From assembly GCF_001194135.2 (NCBI RefSeq), contig NC_068999.1:16432876-16496875 (forward strand): a DNA stretch of 64,000 nucleotides, read 5' to 3'. The notes beneath the pieces are model-generated. The model made no database searches, was not told the DNA's origin, and saw nothing but the letters and a program-made list of their open reading frames with translations. Position 1 is the stretch's first letter. Every line of letters starts with the position of its first letter. Source of the stretch: Octopus bimaculoides. Lineage: Eukaryota. Shown here in pieces: positions 25,641 to 39,050 of the stretch. The position numbers and the translations under genes are program-made.

Positions 25641-27545
25641 CATAAGTGTACAATATATAGGAAGGATCCGTGGAAATAATTCCAAGGTAGCTAAATGTTG
25701 CTTAGTGTCCTAGGAAACAATGGACATACTTGTGTGGGATTTGATTCCGGGGACAAGCGACAAGCAAGACGAATTTAGGAGAAAAATAGGAAAATTAGAA
25801 AAAGGAAACAAACGCTCAAGATGTTATTAAATCATTTATATCTTCATATTTCCTACACATGTTTCGAAGGACGCATCCAAAATACATCTGATGAATAATG
25901 GTCGGCAATGCATCAATCTCTTCAGGGAAGATATAAATAACAGTACTCATCAAATGTTAAGAAGTGCATTTAATGAGTATTCTTATTTATATATATATTT
26001 CTTTCGTCGCATAAGGATTCACTTACGTATTACTATCTGCAAATCCACTGAGTTGCAATATATGAAAAATGCACCCCAGTCATCGAAGGGAATGCAAAGA
26101 ATATCGAAATGTAGATGGACAATTAACTGTGTCAAATACATATATACACATATGTGCACAAACATATCTATCCATAAATACATAAATAACTTTCCATGTA
26201 ATTACTTGCAGAAACTAATAGCATTGAGGTATTTTAATATTGACACCGAAGTAATGTCGCGGGTCAACAGTGTATAGGGACACTCACGTACTTACTAGAG
26301 TATATGCGGATTTGTCCTGCCTCTTAAACACACATCAAAATGTGCAGGTCAAATGCACTGAGCGTATACGTAAAATTATTCAAGAGTAAACTTCGGCATG
26401 CAGTACACGGCCCGCTGTTTGGCTCAAGGTCTAATGGAGGGAAGGTTCCATGTGTGGTATAGTGTAAAAAATACCACAAAATGGCTGGCGTTCGCTACAA
26501 CTATTTCCGACGCGATTTTTATTGGTGAACAAAGCAATTACATCATGTAATTTACCTCAAGGAAACGTTATTCTTACATCATATAATTGGTTTGTTCATC
26601 AATAAGGGACACGTCTGAAACAGCTGTAGTGAACATCAACTAATTTGTATTATCCAACTTTCCATATATGTATGTCATGTATGCTATATGTATGGTATGC
26701 TATATGTGTGTTTGTGTATGAGTGTTTGAATGTGTGTGTGCGCGCGCGAGCGGAGCCGTTCTATAAATGGTTTTAAGAAGAGAATGCTACTGATTGGAAA
26801 CATAAATAAAGGCATAGGTTTATTTGCCACTCTATATTATCAGTGTCTTTCTACCATGAATTTCTCCCTCCCTATCACTCTTTCACTCGCTCTACACCTT
26901 AAGCTCTTTATATCCCATAGTCGATTATAACCTCATGGTTAGACAACTTACCAAAAGGTTATGGGCTTCTTTATTAGTTGCAGCAAAAATATCAAAAGAT
27001 GTACGTACAATTTTATTGCGAATTTTCTGTAGCAATATCCGAGCGTGGCTATATAATATTGTTTATAATCAGAATTCTTTGTTTGTCACTTTTTGCTTCG
27101 TTCGTGTTTCAGTTTTCCTTTTTAATTTAAAATGTTTTCGAGAATGCCCTGTTTCTTTCATAATCCTTACAATTTTTGCTCTTTATAGCACCTATATAAT
27201 ACACGAAGTTGATATACTCGCTTACATACACACGCGCAAACATACGCTCACACATATAGTGTGTGTGTGTGAGAGAGAGAGAGAGGGGGGGGGGGGGGGG
27301 GGGAAGAGGGAGATAGTGAGTGTGTGTGAACTACCACACTATAAAAGCAAGAAGGAGAGTTTTTCAATTTATTTTAACTTATTGAACATAAAATTTGAAT
27401 AAAGTGAATATATAGTTTTCGCAGTAATGTATATACCAAGTTATAATACGATGTATGCCCATGTATAAATTTTATTTAATTTTTTTAAATTGCTTGTCTC
27501 TCACACCACTTCTCATCTCTCCCTATTTCTCTCTCTCTTTCTCTG

Positions 27546-27594
<49 letters not shown>

Positions 27595-29229
27595 ACTCAC
27601 ACACCCACACACATACACACACTCACTCATACTTATGATCATAGCGACAGAGGCGTACCACTCTATGTGCGTATAGTGTTGGCATTCGTTTCTTCGCTGC
27701 ATTCTACCCATCGCTCATCCTGCACGTATCTCAATTGTCTCTGTATCTCTCTTTCACTTTTTTTTTTACTCCTCTTGATGCATTGTAGTGTAAAGCGAGA
27801 CTCGAGAAACCAGTCAACCAAGAACAACTTTCATATATATAGGGGGGGATGCATATGCGTGTGTGTCTATGTGACTATTATTATATAGAGATTTTTGTAA
27901 TTATAATTTTAAACTATACTCATTCACGTAAAAAGTTTTCAAATGTTTGAGGGTATAAAACTGATCTGGCCTTTTCACAGAAATTATTATGAAACACCAT
28001 AGAAAATGTATACAAAATTCTTAATCAAGAGATTCCAGATCATGTGACAGCCGTCAAATACCATTCCCCAAATGAAGACCCAACACGTAACTATTTTCTG
28101 AATACAAATGCAGGTTAAGTGGAGATAGAAACACATAGGTTATTGTCACCAGTTTCAAGCATGTTCTACAAATTTCACTCAAGGATAGTGACTCCTTCAG
28201 CGTTTAACTTTGTTTCCAAGTAGATCTTAATGGACTTGGTGAGGCGTTGACTGAAAAGGATAGTAAATGTGTCTCTGCTTCTTTTCTTTCAGCCTCCTTC
28301 CTTAAGAAATCTCGTCGTGGGTTTCGGAGTGAGGAAAGTTACGTAACATTCCAAACTGAAAAAGGACCTCTTTGTAATCTTTAAAATTCCTATAGCACAA
28401 ATATTCTGTTCGGAATATAATTTCATCGATTTGAATATAACAGCGCTTGAGTTACAGTAGATTCTTCGTTTCCCGTCAGTTTTATGTTTAAGCCCTTGTG
28501 ACATCAACTACCACCTGTGCCAATGTCAAAGACTAATATATATATATTCCCATTTATCTGGTGCAAGATATTTTGTCTTTAAACTCAGTAGGTTGTTTAC
28601 ATTGTATTGAATAGTCCTGTAAACAATATTAAAGTTAAAACATGGTCTTGGTTTCCACTAATTGAATATAGAAACAAAAAAAGTTAAACAGGGTGAGATA
28701 TGTCAGTCATTTCAACTCAACAACAGTCGTTGAATGTCGATCGAATTTTAAACCAGGAAATGATATAAATTTCCTGAGAAATATAGTATGTAATACCAAA
28801 CTACGTAATATAAATAGAACAGCCGATTTGCGTGAACCCGCTTTAAATGTTCATTTGTGAGACAATATATTTCAGAGTTTTAAATCAACAAAATCTCACT
28901 TTGGAGAATTGTACCCAATACTGTAAAATAATTTATGGTCATTAATGTTGTGATAAATGTATTCTTTTTTCCTTTTCTTTTATTATTCATCCGCTATATA
29001 TTTCTATATATAAATCAGTAGAGAAACATTGATATCAAATTATTGATACCGATGTAAATGAGCAATGTAATTAAATGTTATTACTAAGGGACAGCAATAG
29101 TGAAATTATACTTCTTAACTCAATTATAATGTTACTATATTAGTACATAGATGCATTGAATTCAAAATATTTTGCAGAGCGCTCTGAATACTTAAACGAT
29201 GCCGTATAGATATGTTACCGATTGGGGAG

Positions 29230-29272
<43 letters not shown>

Positions 29273-30112
29273 GTATAAATAAAGTATATATATATATATA
29301 TTTAAACATAGATATACATACACGTACGTGTGCGTACACATATAGACACATACACACACACACACTCGCACGCACACACACACGTTCATATNNNNNNNNN
29401 NNNNNNNNNNNNNNNNNNNNNNNNNNNNNNNNNNNNNNNNNNNNNNNNNNNNNNNNNNNNNNNNNNNNNNNNNNNNNNNNNNNNNNNNNNNNNNNNNNNN
29501 NNNNNNNNNNNNNNATATATATAATGATTTCTCTAAATATATCTGTCGATATGTCCCAAAAGATCAAGCAATATATTGTTTCTCCATTGATTTCAATGAT
29601 ATGAGTATGAAAATAAAATTAACCTTTTTCGTATGTCTTCCTCGATATTTGATTATAGAATTGATTATAATATCTCTTCAGAAAATATCACTTACAGACA
29701 CAAAAATTACATTAACATGTTTTTCAAGCAGATTGACAGCGGTAAATAGAGACACTGAGAGAGAAGTTATTCAGGTACAGCTTTAGTTACAATACTAAGG
29801 TCAATAAGTTTGATCTCGTAAACATTAATATTTGTCTTGAGTAACAAAGTAATAAATTGTAAATGCATAGATTGTTTCTCTGTATTCTCTGTACTTAATT
29901 TAGCACTCAGAAATAAACCTACGTGCCTATAATTGTAAGACTTACATATGTGTGTGCGTTTTCCAAACTATTTCAGAAGTAAACAATGGCATTTTTGTGC
30001 GCTTGTGGCGGGCTTGCATATGTGTGTTTAGTGCTTGTTTATATGGGTATGTCCTGTGCACGTTAGTGTTCAGTATCGGTGCATGAATGGTGAGCATTTG
30101 TCTTTGTGACTA

Positions 30113-30450
30113 TAGATATGGCTCAGTCATTAGAGCGTCTGCCTCGTAATCAAGACGTAGTGAGCTCGATTGCCGGACCGGGCTGTTTGTTGTGTTCCTG
30201 AAAAAGACACTTTATTTCACATTGCCCTGGGTCACTCAGCCATAGAAATGAGTTGCGACGTCACTGGAGCCAAGTTTTATCGGCTTTTTCCTTTCCCTTG
30301 AATAACATCGATGGCGTGGAGTGAGGAAGCTGGCACGCAAGGGTGACTGCTGGTCTTTCAGAAACAACCTTGTACAGACTTGTGCCTCGGAGGGTAACTT
30401 TCTAGATGCAGTCCTAAAGTCTTTCACGATTGAAAGGGGGTGCTTTATCT
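30113..30450 (+). mobile_element. Full-length tRNA-derived CORE-like SINE (long-body type)
   Basis: TGGCTCAGTCATTAGAGCG (A-box), GAGCTCGATTGCC (B-box-like), CORE-like TGTGTTCCTGAAAAAGACACTTTATTTCAC, body ...GAAACAACCTTGTACAGACTTGTGCCTCGGAGGGTAAC..., tail GGGGGTGCTTTATCTTTT. Confidence 0.85.
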
Positions 30451-30764
30451 TTTTATATTTGAAAATGCAATTAAAGAAAATAAAGTTGTGAATTCAACGA
30501 GTTGTTAGAGATTGGAGTTCAATGAGGGGGTTGACGTGTTCGTCCAATAGCACTTTTCTTCTTAGATAGGAGACGAGAACGGGAAATATGCGGTCCGCAT
30601 TGTGTATATCATAAAAGGAAGCGGAGACATGTCTGTTTTTGAGTTAGATTTTAATCCGAAAATCTGTTCGCAAATGGCTGAGAGGTTTTTCGAATATATA
30701 CCAACTTGCATGATAACAATTTCTTTCACAACATCTTAAGATTTAGAGGAAACTTTTTCTCAGT

Positions 30765-31530
30765 TAAATCGGCCATGCTACTGATCTGATATATCACTTT
30801 ATCGAGCCTTGAGTGATGTAGAATAAAGTCGACCTATGCGGTATTTGGACGCAGAACGAAAGGGCTGCAATGAAACTTGTCACCGACTTCTTAACAGTTC
30901 TATCAATCAATATCCTGAATAATTATCATAGTTGTTTCTAAACTTGACACTGCGCCAGTAGTTTCTGAGTCGAGGAGGAAGTCGTTTGCATCGACCCCCA
31001 AATAATTGAATGACTCTATTTTTATTCAGCCCAGAAAGATGAAAGACAAAGCAGACATCGGCGAAATTTGAACTCCGAACGTAAAGACGGACCAAATGTC
31101 GCTAAGTACATGGAACGAGGTGATAACTATTTTACCAGCTCATCGCCTTAATATCCACATTAATAACCATTACTGTTTAGAATTTAAGCATTAAGTGCCT
31201 AATTTGGAATGAAGGATATTGGCCTATGTATGGAAATATGACAAGTAAAGTTGATGCCGATGAGATTTGAACTCAGAAGACAAAGATATAAAATAATTAC
31301 CGAAAAGCATTTTGTCAGGCGCATTAACAAGTCGGACAATGCAGTGTCACAAAAGAGAATTAGTGACGAACTTTTCAGTTGATTTTACCCTTTCCACTAC
31401 ATGACTGGCGTTTAATATTTAATGAACCCGAGAGCATGAACAGCAAAGATGACTAAGATTGAATTTGAACATAGAATGCTAAGAGTTAGTACAAGCCATT
31501 TTATCGATGCTCTAACGAGTCCACCAATCC
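30765..31530 (-). mobile_element. Cluster of four degenerate Meta-like SINE copies (about 30765-30905, 30933-31150, 31175-31340, 31385-31530)
   Basis: Each carries a variant of aaagtcgacctcggcggaatttgaactcagaacg...gctaagcattt as seen at 55400-55470. Confidence 0.65.
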
Positions 31531-33407
31531 ATCGCCATTTTATTATTAATAATATGATATATCTCAGAGCATCACATTTCCATTAGCATGTTAAAGCTTT
31601 GTCCATTTACACCCTAGAAAATACATTCACCATGAATAATTTATACAGATTACTTTAAGTAATATTCTAGAGTAGCTACAGATCGTTACATTTCTCTAGT
31701 GTCCTTCGTAAAGGTGAAAATATTCGTGCTAGTGTCTAAAATATTCAAGATTCTGTGTAGTACTGGAAACTACTATTTTCAATACATTTTAGTTTCTAAA
31801 GAATTTGATTATCGTTAGTATAAATGTGTTGTTTAAAAAATTTCAATTACTCGTTCTCTTAATATATTCAGCTACTTAATTTTAATGAATTTTACATTGC
31901 ATAACACAAGAAAAGAAAAATTGACAAAAAATATTTATTATGAATTTTTATGTTTTTGACCTTAAACGAAACGTGTCCACAGGAATGATATACCCTCCAT
32001 CTAAGCCTCTTAAAATATCAAGCGTCACCTATCTGCAAAGTGATTTCGAAATATTTTCGCTTGGAATTGATATTTCAAACATCAGGGCTCATTCATAACA
32101 TAGGTACCTGTTATTTAAATCGATTATATATACATTTTTAGGATAAAAGGATGTTAAACACGAAGTAAGAGAATGTATCAGATATTATGTCTCATAATGT
32201 GTACTCGTCCGATCAAACGGGGCTAAGCTATCTAATTTTCTTTATCACTGTTTTATACGTGGATTCACAATGGAACTGTGTTGTTCTACACGCAATGCAA
32301 AATGGCTTTGAAATAATATGGACTTTATTATCGATACATTTACACCTGTGTTGCTATTTTCAGTGAGTAAACATGTGACGGGTCTCGAAAGTCGAGTTTC
32401 GTTTCATGTTTGTATTAGCACGTTTCCCCATATTGAGTATCTCACTTTCTTTCGTGTACAATTTTAGAGATTGAACGAATATATCTCTAATTTCCCGTTT
32501 TATGGATCCTAATATAGATTTAGATATTAATGTACACGTACACAAATTTATAGAATGAATGCTTTACAATTAAAAAATTTGAAAGCGACGAATTATTTCC
32601 CCAAAACAACCGTTTTAGTAGAATAATAATATTCTTATATAATCGAAAACTGAATGAAGCTTAATATAGAACATATTCTAATTCAGATTAATACAGTGAA
32701 GCAGTTAATGTAAGTCCTAAAGAAAGAACTTAAATAATTTAACAGATACATCGAGTTTGACAAAGGCCACGCTTTCAAGAGAAATTCGGCTGGCAAAGCT
32801 CATTTACTTGACATGAATTTTATGTCAGCAATCCCCGAGAAAAGATAAACGAAACACAACGCTCCAAGATTTGAATATTGAATGAAAACAACCTCCGGTG
32901 ACTCAATCGTCCGTTCTGTCCCTTAAATTATACAACAATGTTTAATAAACAATATCAAAATTTTGTTTAACTCGGCCTTGCTTTTTATCTTTCAGATAAA
33001 ATGGATAGAGTACTAGTCAGGCTGTAGGGTAGATGTAATCAACTGTTTTCCTTCCTCCAAAACATGTATGTTCTGTTACCGATACAAGAAAGTAATATTT
33101 AAATTGTTTTGGAAATTTTTCCATGTAATGCGCATTACATATGGAATATAGGAAATTATTTGAATGAACATTGTTTTTTGAGACCATATTGCAACAAATT
33201 TTCCTCACATCTATATCAGTTCATTATATGATACTTAAACAACATTCTCTACCTCTACTCCCCTTCACCTATTTTACTCTCATATTTGAAAATGTTTTAT
33301 CAACATATTGACAATAAACATAATTCTTCTCAAAATTGTCAGCCTACGTGTGGTAGGGCAATTTTTCTTTGTCAATATGTATGAAAGTGCCACTTCAATC
33401 AATTCAG

Positions 33408-33509
33408 ATTTTGGCGATCAGAAAACTGGCCGGCATTGATTTAAATAGACACACACTGTTCAACCCCCGAGTGATAATATTGCGCTCTTCGGTCTTCTTG
33501 TGTCTGGAG
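33408..33509 (+). CDS. Candidate 102-nt exon ILAIRKLAGIDLNRHTLFNPRVIILRSSVFLCLE (phase 0-0), unknown product
   Basis: ATTCAG| acceptor, strong GAG|GTAAGA donor, open frame, length a multiple of 3. No homology recognised. Confidence 0.18.
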
Positions 33510-35080
33510 GTAAGAAATTTTGAATAATTTACTTGACAAAAGTTTAATTGTTAAGCTACTAAATTGATTATTGATTATGACTGTTGAAAGAATCTCCAAG
33601 CTAATTTACATTGCTTAGTGAGTATGATTTTAAACCAATTAGATTCCAGACAACATTGGTGGTGTTTGTGACGTGTCTGTCCACTTGACACCGAAATGTC
33701 TCAAACAGGAAATAATATTTCTTTCACCTCTGCAAAGGACATTCATGAATTAATATATTAAATTCTATTAAAGAGAACATTTATTTAGGTTACGCAAGGT
33801 TTAACAGCTGTTAACCTGAATAGAATTTATATATCACAGCGATGCAGACAAAAGGTGTACGTTAAGACGACAAAGGGATAGCAGACATCGAATATGATTT
33901 TAAATAACATAACATTGCTATTATTGAAATATAAAAGCGAAGCTCACTATTCGGTAATTATTCAAGTAAAGGCAGTGAATCTGTAAAAACTGTTATTGAA
34001 ATATGATTATAATGCTCAAAATATCGGTATTTGTTTTTCAAAACAAGGAGGTGTATTTGAAAAATGTTTGTTGAACATTGTATATGACTCTCAAATCCAC
34101 CATAATTATCTAAGATTCCAATGTAAATTATCAAACCGCCGATGTTAAAATATGAAAGCAGTTTAAACACTTTCATAATTATTGAAGACAGCGTGCGGTA
34201 CTTCAGAACTGCAGAAGGTTAGAGAAAAGAATGAAGAGATTTTACATTCTACTCGGGAGTTCGAGTTCTAAGCAAACTGGATGTGCGCTTGCTTTTAATC
34301 ATTCAAGGGCGATGAAATAATTACCCGTGTATGTCTTTCACAGAACATTTGCGAATGAATGTAAACGTTTAGACAAATGATTAACGAAAATCGTGTGGGG
34401 CATAATTTTCTCTTGTCTTTTGCAGGAATAAAAGCCACCATAGATGATTATGTATTCGATACCTACGCGATCAATTAATACACACACCAATCATATGTTG
34501 TGATGGGATCAATTATCTACAGAATTTAAAAAAATGATGACGATGTTGTAAATAGTATGCACCTCGGAATTCTAACTTTAAATATTACTAAATATTTATA
34601 CAATTTCTTCGAACAAAGATTCCTCTACACAACGTTTTAAAAGAAAATTTAATCAAAATTTCAAATTATTCGCCAATCTCGGATTTCTGTTTATTCACAA
34701 GAAAAGACTTTCACAGAAGCATCTGTACCATCTTCAAATTTACCTCAGGTGACTCTACTTTTCATACGTAATTATCTGTTAATCATTTCATACTGCTCTC
34801 CATTCATAATCCATTAAATTCTGATGACAACCAGTCTTTAAAGCACGATCTACCCCAATATGTTCACACCTGTCTTGTAGACGTGTTGATCCATCCATTA
34901 ATTGCTTCCAAAGATATTATTACGTTTAACATATTTTCATCAGAAATAAAACTTAAAAGTAATTGTCAACATTTATAAAATGAGTTTACATACATACATA
35001 TATGCATACATCCATGCATATACATACATACATAAATATATAATTGTGTCTGTGTTTATATATATATGCACACGCAGACA

Positions 35081-35118
<38 letters not shown>

Positions 35119-36600
35119 GGCACATCATATATAGATATGATCTGATAACTAATGTTCAGTTTTAAAACCGGATATGAAACGTCAACAAAATACAGAGATC
35201 GCCAAGTTTTCTACAATGCAAATATATTATTTCATTCTATAATGAGTTATATTCTATCATTTGTATATTGACATATGTAAAGAGATAGATCACACACAGA
35301 GACACAGACATATATATATATATATNNNNNNNNNNTATATATACATATATGTTTCTGTGTGTTTAAGTATATATGTATGCACATTGTAAGAACATGTATT
35401 TTTATACATACGTTTAATTTGATGTCTTTGATTCTCTCTCAAATTTCAAGATGCATTTGATTTATGACCAATCCAGAATATTTTAATATTTAATCTCTGA
35501 GTTGGCAAATTTTCTTTAGCATCTTTATTAATGAAATCTGCATTACATCTAGATATATATACGTGTTTACCAATAACTTGCGCCGAATGTTCCAGTCTCG
35601 CCAATATAAATAGATATTCATACGACATATAGGAGTAAACATAAAACGATGCTAAATTGAGCATAGAATGAAATGAGACATATGACAAATAATCGTATTT
35701 TCTTTAAAAAAAAAGGTTATAAAGAATGAAATGTCTAGTGTTAAATCGCAGTGATTCACAAACAGAAATTCATATCAAAATCGATGCATACTAAGAATAT
35801 TCCACTTTAAAAATATATCCATTTAGAATCTTATATACTATGACTATATCGCGAATCCTGTATAACACTCATTTTTCCCCTTAGTAAATCAATATGAAGT
35901 GATTTTGAAAAGAAATGTCAATTATTTCTTTTAGCTTTCAGAAGAGTTGGAACGTAATTGTCATGGTATTCCGTCTTCTGTGAGTATGTGTAGATATTTA
36001 TAATTCTGGTGCCAAAAGAAATAGCATACGTCAATTTCGCTACTAAATTATGCCTCATTCCTGGATGACCATGTCATCATCACGTTGGCGAAATATTGCT
36101 GCTGTTCTTCAGTTCCGTTCACCTCTGATCTTGTAGTTTTTATGTCCGAAATTGATCAAGTCAATTATTAATCTATCAGAAGCTACATTGGATTGCACTG
36201 TATCTGTTGAAGAAGAAATATGTATATGAGGATTTTGACAGCTGTTTTTAGTAAAGTACGACAGATAAATATACTTTCTTTTTTCAAGGCCTAGGTGAAC
36301 CCTATTCGATCTTTCCCCAGCTCTCTGCTTTGTATAAGAACTGTTACTGTGTTTAATGTGTCCATTGTTCTGCTTTTAAAACTGTAGAGTGTGGCATACA
36401 TTCTCTGATATTTCTAACACGTCCGGCTAAACCTTAGAAGGTTATCTCCGCATGATCTCTTAGGTTATCCATAAAGATGTCCATGCTGCAATGAGTATTC
36501 TAGGAATACTGGTACTGCGCTTCCTCACACCAGCTGTCACATTATCATTGAAGTGCAACTGGGATGGTAAAGTGGATGTCTCTGTCTGGCAGCCAATACC

Positions 36601-36862
36601 TAGACACCTAAAAGTGTTAAAGGTAGCAAATCATACCATCTGCTGCTAAATCATATTTGCTTGCGAGTGACGGCTGTGGTAATCTAAAGGCAAAATCTGC
36701 TGAGCTGTCACATATTAATATATTTAATATAAATTATTAAGCCCGACAAATAGAGATACAGAATTACTTCTACATTGCTACAGTTACCATCGCTAAGGTT
36801 ACCAATTAAGCTATATTCTTTGTTACTCTAGGCACAAGGCTCGGAATGTTGGAGGAGGGGGC
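36601..36862 (+). repeat. Local direct duplication, copy A (copy B at 38790-39050)
   Basis: By-eye alignment: about 15 substitutions and no indels over the first 240 nt (about 94% identity); offset 2189 bp. Confidence 0.95.
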
Positions 36863-37005
36863 TAGGCGATTAGATCGACCGCAGTACGCAGCAGGTACTT
36901 AATTTATCGACCCGGAAAGGATCTCAGGCAAAGTCAACCCCGGCGGTATTTGAACTCAGAACGTAAAGACAGACGAAATACCGCTAAGCATTTCTTCCGT
37001 TGTGC
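36825..37005 (-). mobile_element. Meta-like tRNA SINE
   Basis: ctctaggcacaaggc...tagatcgaccgcagtacgca...aatttatcgacccggaaagg...gcaaagtcaaccccggcggtatttgaactcagaacgtaaagacagacgaaataccgctaagcattt. Confidence 0.9.
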
Positions 37006-38155
37006 AAACGCTTCTTATTTATTTACTGCCCACAGTTACAGATATACACTACTGTTGTGATACGAATCTAATGAGAAAGCGAACGAATCTGAAGATATGT
37101 AACGGGAAGCAGTAAATTAATGAGATATTCAGTTTTGCAAATCTAATTGTATGATTCAAGGGCTTGTTTTTACTCAGATATCAAGAAGATGATAATTAAA
37201 AGCAACTCCATTTACTTTCGTAATTATGGCATTAGGAATTATTCACGGGTGAGACTAACACAAGTGCAAACATTACAGGCATAGTTTACATATCACGAAT
37301 CTGATCGTATAAAGAATTTAGTTTATATACGTCCTTACAGTAAATCTAAACATCCATCATGTTACTATACTTGCTGTAATTGTTAAACAAATGACTGGAA
37401 TGTTGAGCTTGCAGAAGAATTTACTTTCAGGTAAATTCTTGAGAAGTCGCGTTTGGCAAAACGAATCTAATTCGTGTTTCGCAATGTAATGAATAAGACA
37501 TCAGTCCTGTTTCGTTGAACAAGGAATCACTTGTCAGCTAACGCAACATATTATGAAACGTAGAAGATACATATGTACTATGATTATTTGTCTAAATGTT
37601 TCATATCTGAAAAACATACAACATTGTAGTGATAAATTATTATGGAGTATAAAATTAGAGTTTCATGTTGAAAGCGGAAATTTTTGAGATATTCAACATG
37701 CAAATATATTAATTTCTCTTGCATATAAACTTTACAGCACAGCAGATTAACTTGACTTACGATTCAAATACTTTTAAATGCGAAGCGTAAAATATACGTA
37801 CCAAAGGAAATTTCAATTATACATTTTATAAAATGTTAAGAATTTGTCAGAAATTCTCGATGGCATTTTAATTGAGAGACAGCGATAGGTTTTCATACGT
37901 TTGCTTCAGGGATAAAGAGAATTGCGTCAAATGGTAATGATTTATATAAGCAAATTTTGTTCAATGCATCATGCAATAATTGCTTTTTGTGACTAACAAA
38001 ACATGCCAGAAAACTTATAAACAAGGAATACATTAACTGCTTCTTATGCGTATACGTAATGCAGTAATGCATCATTATTTATATATATATATATATAAAC
38101 ATAATATGGTAAAAATTCGATATTATTTAATATCAATTTAATACCAGGAAACTAG

Positions 38156-38200
<45 letters not shown>

Positions 38201-38220
38201 TAGCAATGACAATGACGAAG

Positions 38221-38570
38221 AAGTTTGTCATGGTAGTACCTGCTCAGATGCCTACGCAAAGTTGCAGAAAGTGTATGGAGTGGAGTGTTGTATGAGTGTT
38301 CCGGACGTTTCCAAGATGACCGAAATATTGTCGAGAAAAACATTGCAGTCCTGCATGCAGCTGTGAGGGGAAATCGTCGAGTCACCATCCGTGGCTTGAG
38401 AGAGAGAATGTGCAGATTACGGTTCAGTTCAGCCCATTATCACCGAAGATCTGTGTATGAGACTCGTGCACGCTAAGTTTGTGCCCAAACTATTTCAGCT
38501 GACCAAAAAGACACTTGGGTTTCAGTTGCACAAGGTATCCCTCATTGTGTCAAGAAAGCTGAAATTGTTT
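38221..38570 (+). pseudogene. Mariner transposase N-terminal relic (frameshifted)
   Basis: Translates across frames as GSTCSDAYAKLQKVYGVEC...KNIAVLHAAVRGNRRVTIRGL...GSVQPIITEDLCMRLVHAKFVPKL...ADQKDTWVSVAQ. This fits the mariner HTH region and the AKFVPKL (WVPHEL-equivalent) linker. Confidence 0.85.
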
Positions 38571-38575
38571 GAAAC

Positions 38576-38790
38576 CTTTGCGTAGGCCTCAAAGCAAGTA
38601 ACGCCAAGCTTTTAGCAAACTTTTATGCAGATTATCTGCACAACTTATGCAGATTCTCTGCACAACTTATGCAGATTCTCTGTCGATGATCGCACGCTAC
38701 TGCTGTGAACAGTGGAAGTGATCGTTAGAGCGTTAAAGCTTGGTGTGCATCCACAGCCGAGTTCAAGGTGAATTTGTGCCAATCGAATTT
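38576..38790 (-). mobile_element. Second mariner 5' fragment, inverted, with a 22-bp internal tandem triplication
   Basis: Reverse complement encodes degenerate QRICIKF..LGVTCFEAYAK and shares GCCTACGCAAAG with 38250-38261. The unit TTATGCAGATT(A/C)TCTGCACAAC occurs about 2.7 times at 38623-38685. Confidence 0.75.
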
Positions 38791-39050
38791 AGACACCTAA
38801 AAGTGTTAAACGTAGCAAAGCATAGCGTCTGCTGCTAAATCATATTTGCTTGCGAGTGACGGCTGTAGTAATCTAAAGGAAAAATCTACTGAGCTGTCAC
38901 ATATTAATATATTTAATATAAATTATTAAGCCCGACAAATAGAGATACATAATTACTTCTACATTGCTACTGTTGCCATCGCTAAGGTTACTAATTAAGC
39001 TATATGCTTTGCTACTCAGGGCACAAGGCCCCAAATTTTGGGAGAGGGGC
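38790..39050 (+). repeat. Local direct duplication, copy B; ends about 45 bp into the Meta-like SINE tail
   Basis: See copy A. Confidence 0.95.

Noticed and set aside
36050-36300. Possible reverse-transcriptase relic (..RDDDMVI.. on the minus strand)
   Set aside because: Many stops and no YADD-type context that I can align reliably.
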